A stretch of DNA of 64,000 bases, from NCBI GenBank assembly GCA_002811645.1, contig PDIP01000035.1, positions 62,001-126,000 of the forward strand. Reading direction: 5' to 3'. Source of the stretch: Corallochytrium limacisporum Hawaii. Its lineage: Eukaryota > Protista > Pluriformea. Positions within the stretch are counted from its first letter, which is position 1, and each line of letters starts with the position of its first letter. Under the pieces are notes generated by a model. The model had not been told where the DNA came from. It saw nothing but the letters and a program-made list of their open reading frames with translations, and ran no database searches. A program made the translations under genes and the position numbers. Positions 1-10,610 of this stretch are shown piece by piece.

Positions 1-258
1 AAGGGAGTGTTGGAACCTTGGAGTAATTCCTTATGTTTTCACTTGCGCACGGTGGGAACAGGACGTGCTGACGTGGACTCGGAGATACGAAACGTACCGT
101 CAGGTCGGAAGTGTGCACAAGGCCGAATGGTTGCAGCCGAGTGAAATGAGCCTCCTCACTACACGTATGACCAGGTATTTATACCGCAACCTAAAGTATT
201 CCTCCGCTGGTAATCGAGGAGTCGAGCACCTACTTGAGGACCCAAGATCGAAGACAGT

Positions 259-906
259 ATGGGAGAGGTCGAACTTTACTCTTACTACCGGAGCTCGTGC
301 TCTTGGCGTATACGTCTTGTCCTAGCTATCAAGGGCATTGACTACAAATATCATCCCGTGCACCTGCTGAAGGGAGAGCAGCGGGATCAGGAATACCATA
401 AGAAGAATCCCTTCAACAAGGTTCCCACTCTTGTGCACAATGGTAACCCCATTTCCCAAACTCAGGCGATCTGCGAGTACCTCGAGGAGGTATTCCCCGG
501 CAACCCCATATTGCCAAAAGATCCGAAGACTAGGGCGATTGTCCGAGAGATCTCTGCCGGTGTCGCTTGTGACGTACAACCCCTCCAGAACTCAGCGGTC
601 CTTTCGCACATTGGACAGAAGTACGGAGAAGAAGAAAAGTTGGCTTGGGCTAGAAAGTACATCGAGGAAGGTCTGCAGGCTGTGAACGAGCTTGTTGAAA
701 AGCACGGCGGAAAGTACTGTGTTGGCGATGAAATTACGATGGCAGATGCTTTCGTTGTGCCCCAACTGTACAACGCTCGCCGTTACGATGCCGATACATC
801 CAAGTTTCCGAGACTTATCGAGGTGGACCAGCGCCTTGCCGAGCTTGATGCCTTCAAGGCCGCGAACCCTAAAAACCAGCCAGACACTCCGGCAGAGACG
901 GCCTAA
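259..906 (+). CDS. GSTZ1: Glutathione S-transferase zeta / maleylacetoacetate isomerase
   Basis: 215 aa ORF with the zeta-class LYSYYRSSCSWRIR motif, VPTL, and QPLQN. Confidence 0.95.
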   Translation: MGEVELYSYYRSSCSWRIRLVLAIKGIDYKYHPVHLLKGEQRDQEYHKKNPFNKVPTLVHNGNPISQTQAICEYLEEVFPGNPILPKDPKTRAIVREISAGVACDVQPLQNSAVLSHIGQKYGEEEKLAWARKYIEEGLQAVNELVEKHGGKYCVGDEITMADAFVVPQLYNARRYDADTSKFPRLIEVDQRLAELDAFKAANPKNQPDTPAETA

Positions 907-1300
907 TTATCAGGGAACGTCACCTACCCGATCTCTCAATACAATCCTTAGTTGCAACTCTAACTCATTTGTTATCAAGCCTGTACTGCCGGAAACTAAT
1001 CAATAATATAGAGTATGGAGGGCAATCCGGAGCCGAGTCCACAAAAGCCAGTCCCGAGGACGTGAGGCCGAAGGACGAAATTGGCTTGTGTTTTCCCTGC
1101 AATAGTCCGTACCAAGGGGAAGGGGAGTCGTCGTCGTTACCAGTCCCTTGCATACATTAGTGCTGTCCTTTCGTGAAGAGTTTCAATGCAATACAAGAGT
1201 ATTCAATAGCTATATCATGGAGAGATGCTATCCTGAGAATCACCACATTTTGGACCTACGTTGTATAGAGAGCTTTGTTCACTTCGATCGCAAAGCAACT

Positions 1301-2455
1301 ATGGGTGTACAGTGGCATTCCGGAAGTATTGTGGAAGCACTTGGATTGGTTCGGTCTCAAGGGCGCCGTCTACTTGCGTATATCTATAACAAACCTGAAG
1401 ATGCAGGTCTCTTGGACAGCTATGCCGATGTTCTGGGCCAAATCAATGCGGTTACAATCAAACTGAAGGCAGATTCTGAAGACGGGCGAAACTTTGTGCA
1501 AGTTTATCCTGTTGTATGGCTTCCAATTTTGTACATTATTGGTACCGACGGAAAGCCTATGAAATTCGTATCGATCACAGATCAGGTGAAAGCCGACCTC
1601 AACACTACTTTAAAGAACGAATTGGCCCCACTTGTCTCAGCTGATCCACCAACCAGCTCAGCTCCGCAAAGTCGACCTCAGGTTCCCACCTCAACGACAC
1701 CCGAGCCCGAACCGGTTCAGGAAAACACATTAGAAGGAAAGCGCTCTGTCCCGAACAAGATATCGGCACAGAAAGCACCAGAGCCCAGCCCTGTCCAGCA
1801 GCTCGTGAAGCCTAAACTGCAGCCTAAAAAGAAGAAAGAACCGGAACCAGAGCCAGAGCCAGAGCCGTACGTTCCACCGGACATATCGAACATTCGCATC
1901 CGTTTCGAAGATGGAACTATCTTGCAGAATCAGTTTAAGCCAGAAAATACGGTGCAGGATGTGATAAACTACATTCAAGCCGAGAAGGGTAATCTTGGAA
2001 GAGACTACGAACTGTTCCGTATGGCTCCCCGTAAGCTCCTTACATCTGAAGATTTCTCCACAACGTTACGGGATCTAGCGTGTGTTCCTAGTGGTAACCT
2101 GATTGTACGGGGCAGCCGTAGTACTGAGACTGGTGGCTCCACTGGCAGTTTGACTGCCGCCTCACTCGGGCCAGGCGGTATTATGGATTTCTTTTGGTCC
2201 ATCATGGGCACGCTCAAAGCTTTTTTCCTAAATCTTTTCGGCAGTGTGGCAGGCACAGCCACATCAGCCCAGCAGTCAGTGACAAATGCAGTAGGGAGTC
2301 AGCAAGGGACTTCTGGTTCCGCATCCAGCAGCAGTGCCGCCGCTCGTGGGGCCGGATCAAGGTTCGCAAGCTTAGATGATTTGCGGCGCAGAGCCGGCGA
2401 TGATGACAAAGAGCGGAGAACGTGGAATGGTGATTCTACCCAACAAGAGTGGTAA
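1301..2455 (+). CDS. UBXN4: UBX domain protein 4 (erasin-like p97 cofactor)
   Basis: ATG at 1301 gives MGVQWHSGSIVEA (UBXN4-like N-terminus). UBX domain IRIRFEDG..F..APRK, a hydrophobic patch, and C-terminal TWNGDSTQQ. Confidence 0.85.
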   Translation: MGVQWHSGSIVEALGLVRSQGRRLLAYIYNKPEDAGLLDSYADVLGQINAVTIKLKADSEDGRNFVQVYPVVWLPILYIIGTDGKPMKFVSITDQVKADLNTTLKNELAPLVSADPPTSSAPQSRPQVPTSTTPEPEPVQENTLEGKRSVPNKISAQKAPEPSPVQQLVKPKLQPKKKKEPEPEPEPEPYVPPDISNIRIRFEDGTILQNQFKPENTVQDVINYIQAEKGNLGRDYELFRMAPRKLLTSEDFSTTLRDLACVPSGNLIVRGSRSTETGGSTGSLTAASLGPGGIMDFFWSIMGTLKAFFLNLFGSVAGTATSAQQSVTNAVGSQQGTSGSASSSSAAARGAGSRFASLDDLRRRAGDDDKERRTWNGDSTQQEW

Positions 2456-2494
2456 ATACTAGAGATTTTCTTTAATTTTGCGCGTTTCGTACCA

Positions 2495-3583
2495 TTAGGC
2501 TTCATGGGCAAGTATCGTTTCCAGATCGTCAGACTCGTCTTCAATGCGCTGGAACTCGATATTGCCGTTGCCGAACTTTGTGTCATGAGTCTCCCTTGAC
2601 CGGCTCGAAATCAAAAGCGAAAGGCCAAGGAGGACCATGAAACCACCGCCAATTTCTGCCCACGTCGGATAAATGCCCAGAAGCAAAATAGCGATGACAC
2701 TAGCGGCTACAGGTTGAAGAGGCACAAATCCCATTGCAAAAGACGCCGATGTTTTTCCAATCGCCCATCCCGTGAGTATGTATGAAGCTCCGCTAGCAAT
2801 CAATCCTGCGTAGAGCGCGACACCCCAACTGGGACCATCTGTAGGATATAGATTTTCGGTCTTGAAGTCCGTCAAGGACGCAGTTGCAATGGTCATTCCA
2901 ATCAATCCGGCGATGTGTGCCCAGGCCTGTACAGACTTGGACCCATATTTCGGAATCATGGGCACTTGAGCAACCATGAACAGGGAGCATGATACGCAAT
3001 TGACCAAGAGGAAAACGTTGCCCAAGAGTAGCTCGTAGGGTGTAGGGCCATTGTCGTTCACTCCGGGGTCCTGTTCCGCAGCCTTTCGGGCTTTATACCC
3101 CATCACAATTACGATGGCAGCACCCGTGAGCGCACTGGCAAGACCAGCCACCTTCATTCTTCCGGCCGCGGTGCGGATGTCGATCTTTTCTTGACCTAGT
3201 GCTGCTGCAAAGAAGGCTGTCATAATTGGAATGGTCAGCTGCATGAGCGCGGTATTCACTGGTGTTGAGTACTCATTTCCCAAAACGACAAAAAACTGGT
3301 TAAGTGTAACCCCCGTGAGCCCCAGAAAAACTATCCGTGCAATATCCTCTTTGTCAGGAACAGTGGGAACTCCAACCGTCAAGAGTGTATATATCCAGAT
3401 TGCTGGGGTAGCTATCAGGTTCCGCCAGAATACAAATACTACAGGAGTCAGACGCCCTGGTTCAGTAGCCCAATGTGCTAGCACAGCCCATAGTCCAAAA
3501 TTGCTCTGCAGCAGAGTGCAGACAACCACTGGTGCCCACCAGTGGTTAGTGACCGACTGCAACGTAGACTTTAGCGTTTCCAT
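2495..3583 (-). CDS. EamA/DMT family transporter (WAT1/MtN21-like)
   Basis: 362 aa with about 10 hydrophobic helices. Motifs FLGLTGVTLNQ, LGQEKI..KVAG and PLQPV are typical of two EamA repeats. Confidence 0.85.
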   Translation of the reverse strand: METLKSTLQSVTNHWWAPVVVCTLLQSNFGLWAVLAHWATEPGRLTPVVFVFWRNLIATPAIWIYTLLTVGVPTVPDKEDIARIVFLGLTGVTLNQFFVVLGNEYSTPVNTALMQLTIPIMTAFFAAALGQEKIDIRTAAGRMKVAGLASALTGAAIVIVMGYKARKAAEQDPGVNDNGPTPYELLLGNVFLLVNCVSCSLFMVAQVPMIPKYGSKSVQAWAHIAGLIGMTIATASLTDFKTENLYPTDGPSWGVALYAGLIASGASYILTGWAIGKTSASFAMGFVPLQPVAASVIAILLLGIYPTWAEIGGGFMVLLGLSLLISSRSRETHDTKFGNGNIEFQRIEDESDDLETILAHEA

Positions 3584-4681
3584 ATTGATCTATCCACGCC
3601 TTCTCTACCTATAGCAATACTCTACCAATAAGACACAGCGCAATTCATACCTCGCAACAGACTCTTTGCAAAAGTCTTAAATACATGACTACCATGAATC
3701 CCGTTTGATTTGCCATGCGAACTCTTTCGGCACTTCACCTGCTGACACATGTCCTCCGTGTCCTCGAGTTCCGCCCGCCTGCTGCCAACCACTCTTTGGA
3801 AGTGGGAGGGAGTTCGATCGATCGGCCACTGGACCGTCCTCGCTGGGAAAAGGGGGGTGGGGGGGTTTGAAGAGAAAGAGAAAAGAGAGAGAAATGACGA
3901 CGAGGGCCCGGAATGCAGCACAGTTGAAAGGGCGCAGTCCGTTGTGCGTGCTGTGCCGTGTGTGAGTACACTCATTCCTCTTAGCAAACTACACTCCCTT
4001 ACTGTCGACTTGGTCAACAGAGCCGTGCCCGATGATCAGCATTCTCCGTAGTTTTCTGTGGGGTAGAAACTGCTTGCACTGGACAAACTCCAACGCACCG
4101 ATTCTCCCCATGTTTTGTACGAAAGGTGGGAGAGAGTCTTGGACGAGCGGGTGCTGCGTTAGAAACATTTCTGAACATGGACGGACTTATTGCCCACAGC
4201 GAACCAGGGCTGAACGAGGAAAAAGGATAAAACAAAAGGCCCAAAGAAGAAAGTTAATATGTGTCACCCCCACCACCGCCACACCACTACCGGCGGCCGC
4301 ATACCAGAGCAATAACAATAGTAAAAACGGGGGCGGGCTGGATTTGCGGCGCAAAACCCACTCCCTGCCCGGACCGGGTTTGGTTGGCCAGGCCACAACG
4401 TAAACCGAACGGACGGCAACGGAACCGAGTGAAAACAGAAAGAGGCAAGGAACTCATTCGAATGGGTGACGCGAGCGCGGGGAGAGGAGACCCGCAGTCC
4501 GGCCTTCTGGTCCGGCTGTGCCTGGCATGGGGGGCATACCGGGAATTGTTTCTTTTTTTTTTCCTATAGTTTTCTGTTTCTCTTTTTTGGTTTCTGTGTT
4601 TGGGGCCCAGGCGACACAAACACACAGTGCCAGCGCAGCAAAACCTAACACAGAGAATATGAACGGGCAGGAAGGCAAGCA

Positions 4682-4820
4682 GTCAGTGGCCAAATACCCA
4701 ACCAACGCGAAGCCCTTCGGACAAAGGCCCCCCCCCCCCCCCGGGGGGCGTCAGTGGCCAAATACCCAACCAACGGGAAGCCCTTCGGACAAAGGCCCCC
4801 CCCCCCCCCGGGGGGCGTCA
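4682..4820. repeat. Tandem duplication of a ~68-bp unit ending in CnG6
   Basis: GTCAGTGGCCAAATACCCAACCAACG(C/G)GAAGCCCTTCGGACAAAGG-C15/14-G6-C starts at 4682 and again at 4750. Confidence 0.9.
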
Positions 4821-5047
4821 AGGCGCTGGAATAGTGTAGGGTCGGCAATCGGTTAGGAGGAGAGAGCACGCGCGGGATGCAGTGGGGCTTGGCAAAAGGT
4901 ATTTCCTGGTTTTGAGATTGGAGTACAGACAGGTGATGTAGGAACAAGTAATAGAAGGCCTGTACACTAAGAAATACGTAATGATTGATTGAAAAGTAAC
5001 TAAAGGTCGGTTAGGGGGTTGGCCGTTGAACCTAAATTCAGAGAACC

Positions 5048-7810
5048 ATGGCGAAGGATGGACACGAGGATGTGACCTCCTTCCACTCAGTCACTTCGAG
5101 GGATAAACCTGTCAGCAACAGTAACAGTGGTAGTGGGGGCGATGGTGCGCCAGAGCAAATCTACGAGAATTTTGGGGATGACGACGCATACGAGAATGTC
5201 GGCAATGATCCCATTTATGAGAATGTCTTTGAGTTGAAACCAATGTCACCGTCGGCAGACGACGATGGGTTTGGTGAATATGCAAATATGGAAGAGGTCA
5301 AATTGGTGGAGAAGAAAGTTGTCGCAGAGGCAAGGTCGGCGCCTCGGCCAGCCGAACAAATCTATCAGAATGCTGCGACATTGGAGCAGCCTGTACCTGG
5401 CATTGAACCCACTAAACATGATACAAGTGAAATTCCCGCTGCGCCGCTGGCGGAGATTCCGAATTGGAAGGAGTACAAAGGACCTGTTCGTAAAAGTATA
5501 CCCCAGCAGAACAGTGGTCCGCCGCAGAGGCCAAATCTTCCTTTGCCCATCGCAGAGGCAGATCCGGTTCACAGGAAATGGAAGCCAATGAGAGGAACAC
5601 TGAAGCTGAAACTTGGAGCTCTGAAGTCGTGGCAGAGACGTACCGCGTTCCTAATGAAGGACCGCCTGGATATCACGCGAGAAAAAAATGCGAACCAAGT
5701 CGTGGTGGAAAGGACCATTAATCTACATTTGATCCACGAAATTTACGCGGGAGATGATTCTAGTACGTTTGGAATTACTCTGACTACAGGAAATGACTAC
5801 ATCGATTTCAAGGCAGAGAACACAACAGAGCGTCAGGCATGGATCTTAGCCCTTCACAACACTTGTCTAATTCAAGCCATTGCCCGAAGAATGAGCACTG
5901 ATCGAGTCGCTTACCACCTCGATAATGGGGCTGACGTGGACATGATTGGGCCGTACTTGGACGATGACGAAATCCCCTTGTTGGTCGCATGCCTACAGTT
6001 GGCTGACATCCCATTGGTGAAAACCATTTTAAGGTTCCAACCAAAGCCATACCATTTGTTAGCCCGGCCAGCCGTGAAAAAGTTGGGCATCAAAGCCGTC
6101 TATGAGCTCATGCAAATCTACAACATTCCAGTCAACACCGGTGCAATTGACCAATATGGTGGGACCATAATTCACTTTGCAACTGAGGTCGGTGATGAAC
6201 AGTTGATCCAAACCATTCTGGCAAAGTACAGGAGCATAGTAAATGTCGGGAATGCGCAGGGAGAAACCCCGATGATGGTTGCCATACGGAAGAATGAGAT
6301 GAACCTCGTGTCATTTTTCTTGAAATCTGGCGCAAATGTAAATGTAGCCACAAAAAATGGACGGACTGCACTCCATTTAGCATGTGCCAACCGCATGAAG
6401 AGGTTGGCATTCAAGCTCTTGTATGACCACGGTGCAACAGCCGACATTTTGGATGCTAATGGCAGAAGTGTACTGCACTACGCGTTGCTATACGATATGC
6501 CGGACCTGGCAACCCACATCATTAGCCAAAAGGGTGTTGATATTGATAGACAGGATTCGAGGGGCATTACACCACTGATGTGGGCCCTGGCTAAAGGACC
6601 CGTGTTCCACAATGTTGCGGTACTTTTGATCCAGCAGGGTGCGGACCTCAAACGTGTAGACACGGAGGGACGGAGTTTACTACATCTCGCGCTTGCCGGG
6701 AATCAAGTTGACATTGCGTACCATTTAGCAACCTTGCGATCTGCTGTCCATGACAGTGTTGAGAAGCCCACTGGCAATACCCCACTGTTCTTGGCATGTA
6801 AAATGCAGATCACTACCTTGATCTTGCAGCTGTTGGATCGTGACTGTCAAGTGGACATCAAGAATCGCGCCGGCCTTACTCCGCTGATGACCTATATCGA
6901 ATCTCTGCGCACTCGCGGTGCGGATGAACTCGAGGCTGCCAAGAGGGTTATCGACGCTTTTTGTTCGCGAGGAGTGAACCTCGAAGAACAGTCCAAGGTG
7001 CACGGATATGCACCAATTCACTTTTTGCTCGAAGCTGGTCACTCAGCTTTGGCATCGCATCTCCTTAGCAAACATACTGCGCAGGCAACGTACCTGACCA
7101 GAGCAGGAAGAACTTGTCTGCACATTGCCTTGGACGTGAAGACACAAGAGTCTACAGCCTTGGGGAATGTCATTGAGGAGCTAGTTACCTGCGGGGTGGA
7201 TGTCAACTGCTATGATCACGTCATGGGGTCGACAGCCCTACACAAGGCGATTCTCTCACGAACCGTCAATCGACGCAGTGTGAACTTGTTGATGACTGTG
7301 TGTGATGCAACCATCTGGGACAGTGAAGGACTTAGTCCTTTTCACTATGCAGTGAAACTAGGTAATCTGAAACTAGTGGAAGACTTTGTCAACAAGGAAG
7401 TAGATCTGAACCACATAACCGAGTCAGGGCGCACACCCCTCTTTGTGGCCGTTTCTGAGGGCTTCAATGACGTTGGAGCACTGTTGGTTTCCAAGGGTGC
7501 TGATATGCGTCGCGTCTTTCCTGATACATGGGACAATCTGCTCCACTTTGCGTTGCTCCACGGGCGTGAACAAATGGCAGAGCACATTCTTAAGAACTGT
7601 CCTGTCCTTTTGTTGTATCCGAACGCCGCAGGGACGACTCCATACCAAATGATCCATGAAAAGGAAGATGGACAACTCTATGATCTTGCTTGCCAAATGT
7701 ATGCCAACTTTACCGATGTTGAGAAACAGGCCTGCGGTGTTCCTATCCGTCCGCGCGCCCATGACAAGGAAGATCTTGTAACCTACGAAGATCCACTTGC
7801 TATACAATAA
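5048..7810 (+). CDS. PH domain + ankyrin-repeat protein with N-terminal YxN motifs
   Basis: 920 aa. PH signature (GTLKLK..KSWQRR...FKAENTTERQAWILAL) followed by many ankyrin repeats (GETPMMVA, GRTALHLA, GITPLMWA, GNTPLFLA, GRTPLFVA). Confidence 0.9.
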   Translation: MAKDGHEDVTSFHSVTSRDKPVSNSNSGSGGDGAPEQIYENFGDDDAYENVGNDPIYENVFELKPMSPSADDDGFGEYANMEEVKLVEKKVVAEARSAPRPAEQIYQNAATLEQPVPGIEPTKHDTSEIPAAPLAEIPNWKEYKGPVRKSIPQQNSGPPQRPNLPLPIAEADPVHRKWKPMRGTLKLKLGALKSWQRRTAFLMKDRLDITREKNANQVVVERTINLHLIHEIYAGDDSSTFGITLTTGNDYIDFKAENTTERQAWILALHNTCLIQAIARRMSTDRVAYHLDNGADVDMIGPYLDDDEIPLLVACLQLADIPLVKTILRFQPKPYHLLARPAVKKLGIKAVYELMQIYNIPVNTGAIDQYGGTIIHFATEVGDEQLIQTILAKYRSIVNVGNAQGETPMMVAIRKNEMNLVSFFLKSGANVNVATKNGRTALHLACANRMKRLAFKLLYDHGATADILDANGRSVLHYALLYDMPDLATHIISQKGVDIDRQDSRGITPLMWALAKGPVFHNVAVLLIQQGADLKRVDTEGRSLLHLALAGNQVDIAYHLATLRSAVHDSVEKPTGNTPLFLACKMQITTLILQLLDRDCQVDIKNRAGLTPLMTYIESLRTRGADELEAAKRVIDAFCSRGVNLEEQSKVHGYAPIHFLLEAGHSALASHLLSKHTAQATYLTRAGRTCLHIALDVKTQESTALGNVIEELVTCGVDVNCYDHVMGSTALHKAILSRTVNRRSVNLLMTVCDATIWDSEGLSPFHYAVKLGNLKLVEDFVNKEVDLNHITESGRTPLFVAVSEGFNDVGALLVSKGADMRRVFPDTWDNLLHFALLHGREQMAEHILKNCPVLLLYPNAAGTTPYQMIHEKEDGQLYDLACQMYANFTDVEKQACGVPIRPRAHDKEDLVTYEDPLAIQ

Positions 7811-8590
7811 AGCGATCGTATATAATATGGTTTAAAAGTGAGGTTTTCCGAACGAATCCGGCGCCAAAAAAAAAAAGAGGGGACGACACAGTAGATTAGG
7901 TATAAAAAATTGAAAAAAAAAAGACCACCAACATCAGGAATTCCCATCTGGTCTCCCACGATGGTACTAACCTGACCCGACGTTGCTTATCTTCAGGGAT
8001 CGGACGGGACCTGGAGCGTTCAACGTGGTTTGATCGGTGATGAAAGTAACCTTGAAAAACTATAATATATATTAAATGGTTTTGAAATGGGGCCGGGCGG
8101 AGTAGGGTCCGAATGGCCAAGCTTCGATCGCATTCCGGGGGTTTGCTCGTCTTTTTCGCCCTTCCCAAGGGAACTGGAGGCCAGCGGAGTTTGGAGTGTG
8201 CACCTACGGTGACTAACATAGCGCGGTGTCCGCAGTAGTCATTCTGGGTGAAACGAGGAAGCGACAAACGACCAAGAACGCGCAGACGAGGACGATGGGA
8301 AGGAAAAGCGCCAAGAGAAAATTGGGAAATAGGGAAAATGCCTGCGGTTGGATGAGGTGATGGGTGAAGTTGCTGAAGCAGCGAGCGGGCGGGTCTCAAT
8401 ACGTTCTGGGCGGCTGAGAGATGTGCGAGGGGCGGGTCAGCTGTTGGTGAAACTCTGTGCTAGCTGGTGTACGTGGTGTCGTGCTACGGCAGGGTATTCA
8501 ACTTGGTGGCTTGAAATCAATGTAATTGTTTATCAATGGGATTCAGTAGTCTGCATAGGGGCTGACTCCGTAGACGTTTAGATAGCAACC

Positions 8591-10462
8591 ATGCTGTTCA
8601 GTGGCCTAACACAGAGAGGTGTGGTCCTCGGCCTGCGGTCAACTAGGTCAATCTGTGCCGTGACCAGATCCCGCACACAACCTTTTCGAAGGTTGATGAC
8701 TGGGGCGACGTCTGTGACAAGGCAACAGCGGTTGAAACCGGCAACACAATCCGCCAAGTACATGTCCCAATTCGTCACCGAACAGAAGAGTCCTCCTTTA
8801 GGCCTTCTCAGGAGTTTGCCTATCGTATTTGTCATCCTAACCTGGGAGTTTCGTCATGAGATTGACAGTGTGAACGGGGTCAATGGCGATTTCAGCTTTG
8901 ATAAACTCGCTGAAAATGCAAAAACGTTGGCTAAACGAGTTCGACCAGTTCATATCGTCTATGGCGCCACCGAAGCCGTGTACGACATGTTTACAACCCT
9001 CAGCGGTGCCTGGCAGATCATCATTGTGCAAAATGTTCTTTTTGCTATGGCCGGACCGACAATGGGAATCATTTCCTCTCTCTTCCGTACTGCAATCATT
9101 CTTGGCAGTGCAAAGACCACAAGGAAGGTCTACGAAGTCATCACTGACGAGGACAAGGTGAATGAAGAACAGATGGATGGCCTCTGGTACCAATGGACAC
9201 CTCCAGGCGATACTGACAATGGCACGTGGAATGTCATCCGAGAGATCGCTACAGTCATGGAAAAGTTCGGAAACCTTGATGAAGCACTTGCCAGACATCT
9301 CGAAAACATGCCCCCTTGGGAACTGGCCGTAGCAATGTACTACTACATGGACATGAACCAGGGCGAGAAGCTACACAAATTGTCAGATGCTGAGGAGCGC
9401 CTCAAGAAGCCGACGACTGGGACTATGGAGGCAGCACAGCACTACGCATACCTTGCTGATCTGGCGTATGTAGAAACCGAGGAAGAGTTCGAGGGCAAAT
9501 TACCCGAAGGATTCCAGAACGCCAGCTGGACTGGTCAGGCCAATTGGGGTGACTACGATCCCGCTCATTATGTCATCGTTAACAAGAAGAGAAAGGAGGT
9601 GGTGATTGGTATTCGCGGCACCAAGAGCTTGACCGATGTAGTTACTGATATTGCTGCAGTTCCCGAGCACATGTCGGATTCGCGTAAGGCAGCGGCTAAA
9701 GAGGGAGAGGAGGAGGGGGATTCGTCTTCTTGGTTCTCGTTTGGGTCCACTCACGACTTCTATACTCACCGCGGTATCGGACGTGCAGCTCGAAAGCTTT
9801 TAGGTCGCACTCGCATCCTAGTTGATCTCTTGAACGACAAGGGATACGAGGTTACGGTTGTGGGCCATAGCCTTGGAGCGGGTGTGGGCTCTGTTCTATC
9901 ATATCTTTACAGGCACGAAGCTGGCTACCGCAACGTAAAGTGCTATGCGTATGCCACCCCGGCTTGCGTAGACCGCGGTCTGGCCAGCGATCTACAGTCG
10001 TATGTGACGTCTGTAGTATTCCGTGACGATGCTGTGCCGAGAATGACGCCTCATGCCCTCCTCAGTTTCTTGGAAGATCTGCAGCAAGTGGATTGGCAGT
10101 CCCTAATCCAGGAAGATCTTGATGACAATGGCAGCGAATGGTTCAAGAGTTTTATCGGAAAGTTGATTGAAGATCTGCAGCAGGAAGGGGCCTACATGAA
10201 AAATGTTGCGCTTGATTTAGAACCGTTGTTCATCCCGGGTAGCATTCTTTACCTGTACTCATCGCCTCCAGTGCATGATGCAGAGAAGGAATCTGAGAGC
10301 GATGGGAAGTCTCTAAAGGAGAAACCGGTGAAGATGGTGGCCGGTAGCCTAGAAGCCGATGATGCCCTGTTTGCAAATCTTGTCCTCTCTCAGCACATGA
10401 TTAGCGATCACAGCTGCAAGGCATACATCAGAATCCTCGAAAAGCTCAACGAGAAGAGTTAA
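8591..10462 (+). CDS. Class 3 lipase (DAG-lipase-like)
   Basis: IRGT, HRGI, nucleophile elbow VVGHSLGAG, DAVPR and C-terminal DH. The Arg/Ser/Thr-rich N-terminus resembles an organellar presequence. Confidence 0.88.
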   Translation: MLFSGLTQRGVVLGLRSTRSICAVTRSRTQPFRRLMTGATSVTRQQRLKPATQSAKYMSQFVTEQKSPPLGLLRSLPIVFVILTWEFRHEIDSVNGVNGDFSFDKLAENAKTLAKRVRPVHIVYGATEAVYDMFTTLSGAWQIIIVQNVLFAMAGPTMGIISSLFRTAIILGSAKTTRKVYEVITDEDKVNEEQMDGLWYQWTPPGDTDNGTWNVIREIATVMEKFGNLDEALARHLENMPPWELAVAMYYYMDMNQGEKLHKLSDAEERLKKPTTGTMEAAQHYAYLADLAYVETEEEFEGKLPEGFQNASWTGQANWGDYDPAHYVIVNKKRKEVVIGIRGTKSLTDVVTDIAAVPEHMSDSRKAAAKEGEEEGDSSSWFSFGSTHDFYTHRGIGRAARKLLGRTRILVDLLNDKGYEVTVVGHSLGAGVGSVLSYLYRHEAGYRNVKCYAYATPACVDRGLASDLQSYVTSVVFRDDAVPRMTPHALLSFLEDLQQVDWQSLIQEDLDDNGSEWFKSFIGKLIEDLQQEGAYMKNVALDLEPLFIPGSILYLYSSPPVHDAEKESESDGKSLKEKPVKMVAGSLEADDALFANLVLSQHMISDHSCKAYIRILEKLNEKS

Positions 10463-10610
10463 ATGTCATCCAAGTCAGATTTTCTCATACAGTGCCCTAT
10501 TGAATACTTGCTAATCGTGTGTGCCACTTTTACTATTGATGTACAAAATATGTTTGGAAATATGAGTATGTTGATGATATGTAAATGATGTCAGTGAACA
10601 CTCTAGTCAC

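Noticed and set aside
1148-1300. N-terminal extensions from non-ATG starts in the ORF track (UBXN4; likewise IWS1 27713, PSAT1 40750, MVD 17976)
   Set aside because: They begin at TTG, and homology starts at the downstream ATG.
4682-4820. 68-bp tandem repeat as a CRISPR-like array or mobile element
   Set aside because: There are only two copies, no spacers and a eukaryotic context. It may be an assembly duplication at a homopolymer.
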